In this document: piece after piece, positions 39,364 through 48,674 of the stretch
Position numbering within the stretch: position 1 is the first letter of the stretch
Layout of the letters: every line of letters starts with the position of its first letter
Assembly (NCBI GenBank): GCA_965214605.1
Contig: OZ243961.1
Span: 3,104,001-3,168,000 of the forward strand
Direction of reading: 5' to 3'
Length of the DNA: 64,000 nt
From: an uncultured Candidatus Binatia bacterium
Lineage (GTDB): Bacteria; Desulfobacterota; Binatia; Bin18
Made by a program: the position numbers and the translations under genes
Notes under the pieces: model-generated
The model's input: the letters and a program-made list of their open reading frames with translations, nothing else
Database searches by the model: none
Told to the model about the DNA's origin: nothing

Positions 39364-40554
39364 ATGGCCGATCTTGAAACCTTTCGTGTCAACACTCGAC
39401 AATGGCTCAACGACCATGCCCCGGCATCCCTTATCGGGACGGCGTCAAACGAGCTGGAGGGCAACTGGGGGGGACGCAAGGCGCGGTATAGGAATCCAGA
39501 CGCCAAGGTGTGGCTTGATCGCATGGCCGAAAAGGGCTGGACCGCACCCGAATGGCCGGCCCAGTACGGCGGTGGCGGGCTGTCAAAGGCAGAGGCCAAG
39601 ATCGTGCGCGAGGAAATGGCGTCACTAAAGCTACCGGTGCCGTTGATCGGATTTGGCCTGACCATGATCGGTCCGACCCTGCTGGAGTATGGGACTGAAG
39701 AACAAAAACACGAACACCTGCCCAAGATCGTACGTGGTGAAATTCGCTGGTGTCAGGGCTATTCAGAGCCCGGCTCGGGCAGCGATCTGGCCTCGCTCCA
39801 AACCCGAGCCGTGCGAGACGGCGACTTCTATGTGATCAACGGGCAGAAGATCTGGACCTCCTATGCCAATTTCGCCGACTGGATGTTTCTGCTGGTCAGG
39901 ACCGACCCGGACGCCCCCAAGCACCGGGGCATCACCTTCATCCTGATGGACATGGAAACTCCTGGGGTTGAAACCCGACCGATTAAGCTGATTAGTGGAT
40001 CTTCGCCGTTCTGCGAGACCTTCCTGACCGACGTCAGAGTGCCGGTCGACAATGTGATCGGCCATGTGAACGAGGGCTGGAGCGTGGCCAAGGCGCTCCT
40101 GAACCACGAACGTTCGATGATCGCCACCGCTTTTGGCGGCGGGGGGGGCAAACGCCGTGGGATGCGGGACTGGGCCAAAAAATATCTCGAGTTTGACGGG
40201 GAACGGATCGCCGATGCAGCCCTGCGGGATCGGATCGCCCGTTTTGAGATGGATAATGCGGCTTTTCGGCTGACCTCCGACCGGAGCCGTGACGCGGCTA
40301 AGGCGGGCCGGCCGCCGGGCCCGGAGAGCTCAATGTTTAAGATCTACGGCACCGAACTCAACCAACGGCGGCAGGAACTGCTGCTGTCAATTGCCGGTCC
40401 GCAGGCCCTGGGCTGGGAAGGCCCGGGGTTTGAAGCACGTGAGTTAAGCCTGACCCGCGACTGGCTGCGTTCACGGGGCAACACGATTGAAGGCGGGACA
40501 AGCGAGATTCAACTCAATGTGATCGCCAAGCGGGTGCTGGGACTGCCGGATTAG
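39364..40554 (+). CDS. Acyl-CoA dehydrogenase, catalytic-type subunit
   Basis: WCQGYSEPGSGSDL, NGQKIWTS, LNHER, TIEGGTSEIQ. Confidence 0.93.
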   Translation: MADLETFRVNTRQWLNDHAPASLIGTASNELEGNWGGRKARYRNPDAKVWLDRMAEKGWTAPEWPAQYGGGGLSKAEAKIVREEMASLKLPVPLIGFGLTMIGPTLLEYGTEEQKHEHLPKIVRGEIRWCQGYSEPGSGSDLASLQTRAVRDGDFYVINGQKIWTSYANFADWMFLLVRTDPDAPKHRGITFILMDMETPGVETRPIKLISGSSPFCETFLTDVRVPVDNVIGHVNEGWSVAKALLNHERSMIATAFGGGGGKRRGMRDWAKKYLEFDGERIADAALRDRIARFEMDNAAFRLTSDRSRDAAKAGRPPGPESSMFKIYGTELNQRRQELLLSIAGPQALGWEGPGFEARELSLTRDWLRSRGNTIEGGTSEIQLNVIAKRVLGLPD

Positions 40555-40557
40555 GAG

Positions 40558-41715
40558 ATGGGACAAGTGACTCAGCAGCTCGTTCTCACCGAAGATCAAG
40601 AACTCCTGGCCCAAACCGCCTTCGACTATGTGCGGGCCAACTCGCCCGTCTCACGCGTGCGGGAATTACGCGACTCCGGAGACCCGGTCGGCTTTTCTCG
40701 TTCGCTGTGGCAAGACATGGCCCAACTGGGCTGGGTCGGTATTCTGATTCCCGAGGAGTATGGCGGGGCCGGGATGGGCATGGCCGATTTTGCCGTTGTC
40801 ATAGAAGCGCTGGGCCGCAACCTCGCCCCTGAACCGTTTCTCTCGACTGTGCTGCTGGCCGGACAGTTGCTGTCGATCGCCGGCAGCTCTGACCAAAAAC
40901 AGGCCTGGCTGCCGGGTATCGCTGCGGGCGAAAAGATTCTCACTGTGGCCTACCAAGAGGCCAACAGCCGCTATAACCTGAATCGGGTCAGCACCACAGC
41001 CAAGGCCGAAGGCGGGGTGTGGCGGATTGAAGGCCAAAAGGTTCAGGTCCTAGACGCCTTTGCCGCGGACGCACTGATTGTCTCGGCCCTAACATCTGGG
41101 AGGAACACCGCTCCTGACGGCATCAGTCTGTTTCTGATTCCCAAGGACGCGCCCGGTGTCGGCATCATACCCCAGTCTCGGGTTGACTGTCGGCCCGTTG
41201 CTCTGGTAGGATTGAGAGACGTAACGGTTGGGATGGAGAGTATGGTTGGTGCTGTTGGGGGGGGAGGGCCGTTCCTTTCTCAGGTCGTTGATCAGGCGAC
41301 TGTTGGGTTATGCGCGGAAATGCTCGGCGGGATGACCCAGATCTTTGAGACCACCCTGGATTATTTGAAAACGCGGACCCAATTTGGGGTGCGGATTGGC
41401 AGCTTTCAGGCACTCAAGCACCGGGCGGCCCGGCTGTTCATGGATCTTGAGCTGGCTCGCTCCGCGGTCATGGCCGCGGCCCGGGCTGTTGACAGCGGTG
41501 ATGCTGAGGCGGAAGCGTTTATCTCGCTGGCCAAGGCGCGCTGCTCCGATACGTTTGTGTTGGCTGCCAACGAAGGCGTTCAGATGCACGGTGGTATCGG
41601 GATGACGGATGAGCATGATGCGGGGTTGTATATCAAACGTGCCCGGGTGGCCGAGATGACCTTTGGGGATGCGGCCTGGCACCGTGAGCGCTGGGCGCGG
41701 CTGCGGGAGTATTAG
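40558..41715 (+). CDS. Acyl-CoA dehydrogenase, second subunit
   Basis: RTQFGVRIGSFQALKH, QMHGGIGMT; 3-bp gap after the first ACAD. Confidence 0.92.
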   Translation: MGQVTQQLVLTEDQELLAQTAFDYVRANSPVSRVRELRDSGDPVGFSRSLWQDMAQLGWVGILIPEEYGGAGMGMADFAVVIEALGRNLAPEPFLSTVLLAGQLLSIAGSSDQKQAWLPGIAAGEKILTVAYQEANSRYNLNRVSTTAKAEGGVWRIEGQKVQVLDAFAADALIVSALTSGRNTAPDGISLFLIPKDAPGVGIIPQSRVDCRPVALVGLRDVTVGMESMVGAVGGGGPFLSQVVDQATVGLCAEMLGGMTQIFETTLDYLKTRTQFGVRIGSFQALKHRAARLFMDLELARSAVMAAARAVDSGDAEAEAFISLAKARCSDTFVLAANEGVQMHGGIGMTDEHDAGLYIKRARVAEMTFGDAAWHRERWARLREY

Positions 41716-41762
41716 CCAAGAGCGCCTGCCTGAGTATAGGTTTGACCTGTAAGGGGGATCAG

Positions 41763-43952
41763 ATGAAAGCGTTGTTCCAAGCAAAAGCTGGTGTGTTCCT
41801 GATCGTTGTCTCGGTCCTTGTGGCGTGGCCGCTCATGGCCGCTCGGCCTGCTCTGGCGCAAGCTCCTTCCTGCCCAACTAGTACCACCCTTCGTACGATT
41901 ACGTTTGATGAGGATACTGAGACCACGATAAATGAGCAGCATGACGATCTCACTGATCCGAATAATCCTGACAGCTATGATATCGGGGACGGGTTCAGCA
42001 CGACACTAAAGGGCGAGATTGAGGATACGGGTAACCCACGTACGTATGACCGTAATTACTTCAAAATCAGAGTCCCGGCCTTTGTTGTTGGGGATCTGAC
42101 CGTGGAATCTGCCACGAGTACGACGCCCGGAGCAATCCAACTCACTACTGCAGTCGCGTCTCTCTGTCGGGGAACTAGACGGATTGCAACGGACGATCCC
42201 GACCCGGATGGACATTTTATGATTTCGAAAGAGCCGGTCACACCGGGGGATTATTTTGTGGTGGTGAGAGGAAAGGGCACCGCTACAGGACAGTACGACT
42301 TGCAGGTTGGGTTCGTCGGAGCGATGCCGACCATGGGGGGGACATCAGACAGCGGCTCATTGACGAGAAATAATGAACGGGACGAATACGATATTACCAT
42401 CTCCGCAGCTGGGCTCATGACTTTAGAGACGACAGGGGGGACGGCTACGATGGGAGAATTGTTTGAGACTGGTGGGGGGGCGGAACCGCTGGCGAAGGAC
42501 GAGGATAGTGGGGGTACTGGGGACAATTTTCGTATTGTCGTGCCGCTCGACGACGCTACCGATACCTACATTCTGTATGTTCAGGGACAGAGTCCGACCG
42601 AGAGAGGGGATTACAAGGTAGTCATGGACTTCAAAGTCGCCGACAGCGATCTGTCATATCCCTCAGCCTCACTCCCTGATGGCAACCTTGAGGAGAGGGG
42701 AGACGAGGAGTACTTCTTTTTTACTGTTCCTGCCGATAGGTACGGGTTCCTGACCATAGAGACGGAAAAGCATGCGGATATAGCGTCGGGAACAAGGGAG
42801 ACGAACACGAAAGGGACGCTCTATGGGCCAAATGGCGAGATTGCGACGGACTCTAACAGTGGGGGTGGCTCCAATTTTCTGGTCACAGCGCCGGTCTCAC
42901 CGGGAGACTATGTTGTGAAGGTGGAGGGGGAGAGTTCATCTATCACAGGAAAGTATAGCTTAGAGCTGACCTCCGAAACAGCTAGCATGAGGGCCGTTCC
43001 TTCAACTACGGCCGAGCGTACAACTGATCAGTCAATTGCTGCGGCAACGGGCAGCGACCCCCTGCAAGTGGATCACTACGTGCTTGATATCCCCAAATCA
43101 GGTCGCCTGGAGATGGAGACGCAAGGGACCACAGACACGGTTGGGTATTTCTATGGGCCGGATGGCCGGCAGATTGCGACGAACGATAATGGTGGCGAGA
43201 GCAACAATTTCAGAATTATCCAGGATATCCGTGAGGCGGGACTCTATCTTGTGACGGTGGAGGGGAGGACACGACAGACGGCCGGGACCTACCGGTTGCT
43301 AGTGGACTTCGTAGAGCGTCCGGTCGACGCTCGTGAGCCTGATCCCGAGCCTGATCCCGAGCCTGATCCCGAGCCTGATCCCGAGCCTGATCCCGAGCCC
43401 CCTCCTAGTGGGGTGCCGGCGGGCTTCTTAGAGGACCCTGCTCCCAATTCAGTCAGAAACGGCATTGGGATCATCCGGGGCTGGGTGTGTCAGGCCAATC
43501 GTGTCCAGGTCCGGATTTTTGACGCCCAAGAAAATCAGGTCCGACGTTTGAACATTCCGTATGGCTCATACCGGCGAGATACGAGAGCAGCTTGTCCGGC
43601 TGACCGTACGGCCAATACCGGGTTTGGGGTGACGTTTAACTTCAACACGTTGGAGGAGGGGCGGTACACGGCCCAAGTCTTTGCGGACGGGGTCATGTTT
43701 GATGCGCACGATTTTGAGGTCGTCCGTGTTACAGATCAGGAATTTGTGCGGGGATTGAGCGGCGAATTTCAGGTCGACAATTTCCCCAACCCGGGTGATA
43801 CGGCCACGATTAAGTGGGAAGAAAGTCTCCAGAACTTTGTGGTTACAGAGGTGGAGGAGTGCCCGCACTTGAACGTTGATCCTAATGATCCAAACGTGGG
43901 ACGAGCGAGGTGCGGGGAAGATGGTCCTGAGCTGTTGCGGCCCAGATTCTAA
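41763..43952 (+). CDS. Secreted protein: signal peptide, four PPC-like beta-sandwich repeats, (EPDP)5 linker, unnamed C-terminal domain
   Basis: Signal peptide ending ALA-Q; repeated G.L.GP.G..IAT...GG..NF...PGDY.V.V.G motif; C-terminal domain shared with 45458-45853. Confidence 0.8.
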   Translation: MKALFQAKAGVFLIVVSVLVAWPLMAARPALAQAPSCPTSTTLRTITFDEDTETTINEQHDDLTDPNNPDSYDIGDGFSTTLKGEIEDTGNPRTYDRNYFKIRVPAFVVGDLTVESATSTTPGAIQLTTAVASLCRGTRRIATDDPDPDGHFMISKEPVTPGDYFVVVRGKGTATGQYDLQVGFVGAMPTMGGTSDSGSLTRNNERDEYDITISAAGLMTLETTGGTATMGELFETGGGAEPLAKDEDSGGTGDNFRIVVPLDDATDTYILYVQGQSPTERGDYKVVMDFKVADSDLSYPSASLPDGNLEERGDEEYFFFTVPADRYGFLTIETEKHADIASGTRETNTKGTLYGPNGEIATDSNSGGGSNFLVTAPVSPGDYVVKVEGESSSITGKYSLELTSETASMRAVPSTTAERTTDQSIAAATGSDPLQVDHYVLDIPKSGRLEMETQGTTDTVGYFYGPDGRQIATNDNGGESNNFRIIQDIREAGLYLVTVEGRTRQTAGTYRLLVDFVERPVDAREPDPEPDPEPDPEPDPEPDPEPPPSGVPAGFLEDPAPNSVRNGIGIIRGWVCQANRVQVRIFDAQENQVRRLNIPYGSYRRDTRAACPADRTANTGFGVTFNFNTLEEGRYTAQVFADGVMFDAHDFEVVRVTDQEFVRGLSGEFQVDNFPNPGDTATIKWEESLQNFVVTEVEECPHLNVDPNDPNVGRARCGEDGPELLRPRF
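43335..43399 (+). repeat. Perfect 12-bp tandem repeat (GAGCCTGATCCC)x5 plus a partial unit
   Basis: Encodes the EPDP linker. Confidence 0.97.
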
Positions 43953-44129
43953 CACACAGTAGCAACAACTTTTCCAAAAGAGGGGGTGCAGGGAAGATGG
44001 GCAGGCCGTGCCTGTCTACTCTCACACCCTCTTGCTCACTCATGCACCTGCATGGCTTGCTTACCTGGACACGAATGAACGTAATTTGGTGACAAATAAG
44101 GCAGCATGACTCCCCGGTGCTTCTCCTGC

Positions 44130-44345
44130 TCAATGTAGCGATCTCGCTCACGGTAGATCACGCGGAGAAGCAAGGGTCTTGCGGTTTTGTTGGGTAGGCG
44201 CCGACGCAGCCCTGTTTGAGATTGACCACAAGTTCTCAGTCCCCCTCGTATAGCCATGGTGCTCCTTGGCGCTGTGGGCGGACCACCTCACGGTTATCGA
44301 CCCAGTCATAGCCGTTGTGTTCGCCCCAGGGCCCGTATTCAATAG
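44130..44345 (-). mobile_element. Decayed IS1595-family transposase fragment
   Basis: Across frames: EHNGYDWVDNREVVR / HSAKEH.GYTRGTENLWS / LKQGCVGAY, resembling the IS1595 DDE core DEH..Y..V.HS..EY..HTNGIE.FWS.LK. Confidence 0.55.
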
Positions 44346-44823
44346 GAGTACGATACTAAGAAGAGGAAGAAGTGTGTTCGTCCCTGGAGAGACCTTCGTC
44401 CCAGGGCCGGCCACAAACCCGTTCAGTGCCTAGGCGACTTCCTCTGGTGTGGCGTCAACGCCCATATCCGCTTTAAGCTCTACTGGTAGGCGTGGCGCGT
44501 GACAGTGACGACTGGACGGTCTGTTGTCTCCCTACGCGCAATCCTTACAGCCGTCCGGCATTTGCTGCACCGTTACGGTACACTTTCTCTCCGACTGCAA
44601 TTGATTTTCGTCTTACACTCGAGCACGATAACGTGCGTTTGCATCCGTGGCATGGCCGCTCGCCCGCTCTGGGTCGGGCTGTGTGTCGAACAGCCTCTCT
44701 CGGGCGTGGGGTCGCTTCCCATACCTGACACATAGGCAGGGTTTCCCTCCAACCATGCTTGTGTGATGCGAACACGGCCCGGTACTCCCACCCGTCGGGA
44801 TCCGCGTTCACAGGAGTAGTATT

Positions 44824-45886
44824 ATGAGCGTTTGGCGTGGTCTTGTTATGCTGTTGTTGTGTTATCCGGTCTGCCTGTCACTGATGAGTGGCCGGGCAGA
44901 TGCCTAGACGCTCTATTACCAACCCTTCCCGGACGGCCACGCCACGGTGTTGTTGCACCGCTTTTGTCTTCTCTCTCCCTGTGCCTATGATCGCACCTTT
45001 TCCAATGACGGCCCTAGTAGAGCAGAGTGGAGCAGGGCCATACAAAACTCCGCGCGGGCATGGGATACGGCGGGATCAACCTTCAGATTCACTACCGCAG
45101 CGGCATACACGAATGCCGGTCCTGGCGTCCCCGGACGGGGAACGTTTACGTGATTCTGGCCTCCCCAGACCGGCTGTGTGCAGGAGACGGCCCTCTCAGA
45201 GCCGACGCCCGCACGGAATTTGGGCTGGGCTGGGCTGGGCGCGGGTCTACATCAATACCAACAGTGCTGTGTCCAGAGACAGCATCCGTATCCAGCGGAT
45301 GCTGTCGCACGAATTTGGGCATGTGGTCGGGCTCGGCCACCCGGACGAAGCCGGGCAAAATGTGGAAGCCGTGATGAACAGCCGGGTCCTCTATAATACC
45401 TTGCAGCCTGACGATATCGCCGGCCTGCACGCACTGTACCCCCCGCCCACGCGCCTGGGCATGCTGGAGAACCCGGGTCCCGGTTCATTCTAGAGCGGGC
45501 TCGGCCTGATCTCCGGCTGGGTCTGTGAGGCACAGCAGGTGATGATCGAAATCAATGGCACGGAACAGGAAGCTGCCTACGGCACGGAGCGTGGGGATAC
45601 TGCTCAGCAGTGTGGGGATACGGACAACGGCTTCGGGCTGCTGTTCAACTGGAACCTGCTAGGTGACGGGCAGCATACGGTGACGGCGTTTGCTGATGGA
45701 ATCAGATTGGGACAGGCAACGGTGACGGTGACGACGCTCGGTGAGGAATTTCTGAGAGGAGCCTTCGGGACGTGGACCATAGACAACTTCCCAGACTCTG
45801 GTCAATCGGTGACGATTGAGTGGTCAGAGGAACTTCAGAACTTTGTCATCACGCACAGCACTACGCCGCCGTACAGATCCCCCTAA
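44824..45886 (+). pseudogene. Disrupted secreted matrixin-like Zn metalloprotease with the shared C-terminal domain
   Basis: Signal peptide (AGGAG RBS); HEFGHVVGLGH and Met-turn AVM; in-frame TAG at 44905 and 45491; frameshifts near 45100 and at (TGGGC)4 45221-45240. Confidence 0.85.
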
Positions 45887-45922
45887 CGGTTGCAACGCTC
45901 ACTGTTGCTTCCCTTCCAACTG

Positions 45923-45953
45923 CAGGGCCCTCTCCCTTTGGAAGAGGGCCCTG
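45923..45953. terminator. Hairpin between convergent genes (terminator or REP-like)
   Basis: CAGGGCCCTCT / AGAGGGCCCTG 11-bp stem. Confidence 0.55.
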
Positions 45954-45958
45954 GCCGT

Positions 45959-47371
45959 TTAGTGGTGTACCGGGCACTGTCCCGCGGCCGCGCCGTGAGG
46001 CACTGCTGCCTCACGGGGAGTCTTCTCTCCCTTTGGCACTCCGTAGCGCCGCTGATAGCTCACCCGGCACGGGCTGGCCGGCCACTTGGTGGCCGCGCCG
46101 GCTACGGGCTGGGGATCAGGATTAAGCAGGCTGAACTCATAGTGCTGGAACAAGAGAGAGAGCGCCACTTTCATCTCTAGATAGGCAAAGTTGACGCCGG
46201 CGCAGCGATGAACCCCACCGCCGAATCCGATCAGACTGTGCGGGGTGCGGGACTCGTCCCGGTCTGGAGAGAACCGCTCCGGGACATAGCGATCAGGCTC
46301 AGGAAAGACATGGGGCATGCGGTGAGAAATTGACGGGGCGGCAAACACCCGGCTGCCCTGTGGCACCCGAAATCCCTCAATCTCCAGATCCTCGGCTGCG
46401 GTGCGCATCAGAATATAGGCGACCGGGTGGAGCCGTTCGGTCTCCTTGACAGCCCAGTCGATGCGCGACAGCTGGCGCACATCGGCCATCGTCAGATCCT
46501 GGCGGTCGCCGATCAGTTCGTCCTGTTCATCAATCACAGTGTGCAGATAATCCGGATGCTGCAACAGGTCGATCAGCGCCCAGCTGATATGACCGGCAGT
46601 CGTTTCGTGACCGGCCCACACCAGGAGCAGAATCAGATTGATAACCATTTCATCATCAATCGGCCGGCCGTCAGAGAATCGGGCCTCGACCAGAGTCTGA
46701 AGAAAATCAGCCTCCGCCGGTGGCTGCCGGCGACGCCTCTGGATCAGCTCGCCCAGCACCCGGTGCAGCTTTTTCTTCGCCTTCTGGCTGCGGATCAGCT
46801 TGGGTAGGGGCAGCCACAGCGGCAGAACCGGCTCCATACCGCCCGAGAAATGTCGGAAGTCGGTGAAGAACTCGCCGCCTAGTCGACCCCGGAACTCTGG
46901 GCCTAAGAACGCATGGGCGGCGATATTCATCACGAGCGGGCCGAGGGTTGGAATCAGATCAAACGAGCCGCTCTCACCGAGCTGCTCAATGAGGTCACAC
47001 GTCTCCTGGGCCATCGTTGACACATATTGGTTCATCTGCCGGCCCTGGAAGCGGGGCAGGACAATGGCCCGCTGCTCCAGATATTCTTCAAACTCGGCAA
47101 AAAAGTAGAACCGTTCGTGGAACATCTTGATGAAGAACGGATAGCCCTCCCGGATGGACAGCAGCTTGTCGGTCTCGGTAAAAAAGAAGCGGTTGTTCTC
47201 GGGGCCGAGGAGAACGACCGCGGGCTTGGGGCCGAGCCGGAGAGAGAACACCGAGCCGTGCTCCTGATAGCCGCGTTCGAGGAGTGGAATCGGATCTCTG
47301 AGAAATTGGAACGCGTGTCCAATAACCGGGGTCGAACCGCTGACTGTTGGGGGTAACGAAGGTGTCGCCAT
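45959..47371 (-). CDS. Cytochrome P450, CYP51-like
   Basis: AGHETT I-helix, KETERLHP, PERF, FGGGVHRCAG heme Cys; overall resemblance to bacterial CYP51. Confidence 0.9.
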   Translation of the reverse strand: MATPSLPPTVSGSTPVIGHAFQFLRDPIPLLERGYQEHGSVFSLRLGPKPAVVLLGPENNRFFFTETDKLLSIREGYPFFIKMFHERFYFFAEFEEYLEQRAIVLPRFQGRQMNQYVSTMAQETCDLIEQLGESGSFDLIPTLGPLVMNIAAHAFLGPEFRGRLGGEFFTDFRHFSGGMEPVLPLWLPLPKLIRSQKAKKKLHRVLGELIQRRRRQPPAEADFLQTLVEARFSDGRPIDDEMVINLILLLVWAGHETTAGHISWALIDLLQHPDYLHTVIDEQDELIGDRQDLTMADVRQLSRIDWAVKETERLHPVAYILMRTAAEDLEIEGFRVPQGSRVFAAPSISHRMPHVFPEPDRYVPERFSPDRDESRTPHSLIGFGGGVHRCAGVNFAYLEMKVALSLLFQHYEFSLLNPDPQPVAGAATKWPASPCRVSYQRRYGVPKGEKTPREAAVPHGAAAGQCPVHH

Positions 47372-47374
47372 AGT

Positions 47375-48523
47375 CTACTCCTTTCCCCGTGATGACGCCC
47401 GTGACGGGAGCCGAATGGTGGCCGTAGCACCCACAGACAGTTCGTCATTTTGATTCTTCGCTGTCTGGGTGATTTCAACGTAGTGGGCTTGGTCTTGCTC
47501 AAAAATTCGCCTGACCTCACCGCTGATATACAGGGTGTCTCCGACCGGATTATGGCGCCGAATTTCGACATGAATATGGTGCAGGAAGCCGTTATCGCCC
47601 ATCCAGTCGGTCAGGTGGTGGGTCATCCACGAGGTGCGTTCCGGTCCGTAGTCATACGCGTCGGGCGTGCCGACCAGGGTGGCGAGGTCGCCGTCCCAGT
47701 GTACCCGCTCTGGCACATCGGGGATGCCGAAGCGGTCCGGGATCCCTAAGCCGGGATGTTTCTTGAGCTGCTTCCAGGCCAGACGGTTGGCCCGAATATA
47801 CAGACCGCCCCAGCCCTGGGCGTAACAGATAAAGCCCGTCACTGTCATGGGACCTTTGACCATGGTGGGCAGTGTGTCGCCGACCTGAACATCTTCAATA
47901 TAGCGTGGGGTCGCCCCCCGAATTTTTTCCTCGGCGTACTGGGCAAAGATCTGAGCAATATCGTCGCGTGAGTAGTGGACGGGTTGGCGGTGTTTGACCT
48001 CGGTGTATTTGGTGCCCTGCTCGCGGGCGGTGTCGCGCTCGGTCCGAAAGCACCAGCTGTCGCCGCTGGCGACCAACGCGTTGTGCTGATTGTAGTAGTC
48101 GACGTGGTAGACCTGCTGAATTGCCCGACCGGCAAAGCGGGTTTCGTGCTCGATGAGGTCTTTAAGCCAGGCTGTGGTGGTGAACACGTCGCCGCGTAGC
48201 ATGGGGGTACGCCAGCTGATATCGGCCCCGGCCCACATGGCGTGTACGCCGGGCAGCCCGCCGACATAGCCGCTCAGAATACGGTTCAGAGGAAAAACAA
48301 ACGAGGGCGGAGCGACCAGTGTTCCGTACGCTGTTGTGGCGGCATAGTCGGGGTCACACCACAGCGGGTTATCGTCACCGATACCGTGGGCGTAGTGGCG
48401 AATGTTGTCTCGGGTGGCCTCATGGCACCACGGTTCCAGCGAGTCCTCAATCGGCACGTCAATCAGGCGCCGGAGGGCGGCTAGGGATTCATCGGTAATC
48501 AGGGAAAAACGTTGCTCTGCCAT
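47375..48523 (-). CDS. Double hot-dog MaoC-like dehydratase
   Basis: NIRHYAHGIGDDNPLW...APP; second domain VGDTLP...HWD...YDYG; 3-bp gap to the P450. Confidence 0.8.
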   Translation of the reverse strand: MAEQRFSLITDESLAALRRLIDVPIEDSLEPWCHEATRDNIRHYAHGIGDDNPLWCDPDYAATTAYGTLVAPPSFVFPLNRILSGYVGGLPGVHAMWAGADISWRTPMLRGDVFTTTAWLKDLIEHETRFAGRAIQQVYHVDYYNQHNALVASGDSWCFRTERDTAREQGTKYTEVKHRQPVHYSRDDIAQIFAQYAEEKIRGATPRYIEDVQVGDTLPTMVKGPMTVTGFICYAQGWGGLYIRANRLAWKQLKKHPGLGIPDRFGIPDVPERVHWDGDLATLVGTPDAYDYGPERTSWMTHHLTDWMGDNGFLHHIHVEIRRHNPVGDTLYISGEVRRIFEQDQAHYVEITQTAKNQNDELSVGATATIRLPSRASSRGKE

Positions 48524-48674
48524 GTTGGGTTCTTTTTCCTTCCGTATAGTTTCTGCATAGCAGCTTGGTCAGAGCATTCAAGACCAAGCCGGACGGTGAG
48601 TGTTGAAAAGTCAGAGGAGGACAGTCTATCATAACCAGTGCCATCTCTGGAGATAAGAAAGAGGGGGATACAGC

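Noticed and set aside
43335-43399. Possible CRISPR array
   Set aside because: Contiguous 12-bp coding repeat with no spacers; no cas genes in the window
44905-45493. Two in-frame TAG codons as pyrrolysine or stop-codon reassignment
   Set aside because: The same gene also has frameshifts, both TAGs are one substitution from sense codons, and many intact genes here end in TAG
45959-47371. Assigning the symbol cyp51 (true sterol 14-alpha-demethylase)
   Set aside because: The CYP51-specific I-helix His and the B'-region FGxGV are not conserved
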